Positions 63,853 through 64,000 of a stretch of 64,000 nt of DNA are shown in pieces (position 1 is the stretch's first letter; every line of letters begins with the position of its first letter). Source of the DNA: Chiloscyllium plagiosum (Eukaryota); contig NC_057756.1 of NCBI RefSeq assembly GCF_004010195.1, forward strand, positions 7,382,275-7,446,274. The letters are read 5' to 3'. The position numbers were made by a program, and so were the translations under genes. The notes under the pieces were generated by a model, which worked only from the letters and a program-made list of their open reading frames with translations, searched no databases and had not been told where the DNA came from.

Positions 63853-64000
63853 TTAATGCACTGACAATTGTGATTCTGTCACTTGGAAAATGCGAGCTCT
63901 CCAAATGCACCACGCATTATTTGGTGGCTATGGCAACAGCAGATCTGATGGTCATTGTTACTGACGTCATATTGTATCAACAAAGTCAGTACTTTTGCCA
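63853..64000 (+). CDS. GPR139-like GPCR, exon 2 (5' part, runs off the window): NALTIVILSLGKCELSKCTTHYLVAMATADLMVIVTDVILYQQSQYFC
   Basis: CTCTCACAG acceptor; TM1 Asn, ICL1 and TM2 YL-x-A-x-A-x-A-D motif characteristic of GPR139-type receptors; open to the window end. Confidence 0.85.

Overview
Eukaryotic, vertebrate genomic DNA, very probably from a shark (elasmobranch). The repeat content is HER1/CR1-type LINEs, HE1-type V-SINEs, SacSINE1-like SINEs and Penelope-derived fragments, and there is one assembly gap (23996-24837). Most ORFs in the track are repeat fragments or noise. Three host loci could be reconstructed by hand from splice sites and codon phase. (1) Gene 1 is a minus-strand CEACAM-like type I receptor (13130 to 785): leader, 27-nt microexon, three cysteine-pair-less IgV/N-type exons, a GAIAGI transmembrane exon and a tail ending AIYENIPRR*. 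Two of its leader-microexon-V cassettes come from a ~2.3-kb tandem duplication and carry complementary lesions: copy A has a good ATG but a GT>AT V-exon donor, and copy B has ATG>AGG but an intact V exon. (2) Gene 2 is a diverged single-V paralogue (44415 to ~38175, minus), now a pseudogene with a stop in the leader and a 7-nt deletion in the V exon; it has a Glu in its TM segment. (3) The 5' part of a GPR139-like GPCR gene (60080 to the window end, plus) has an exon-1 donor that reads AT instead of GT. Other features are a 25-bp minisatellite born inside a CR1 fragment, Penelope-type hammerhead cores and a 204-bp tandem duplication. All calls come from manual reading without database searches, and repeat boundaries are approximate.
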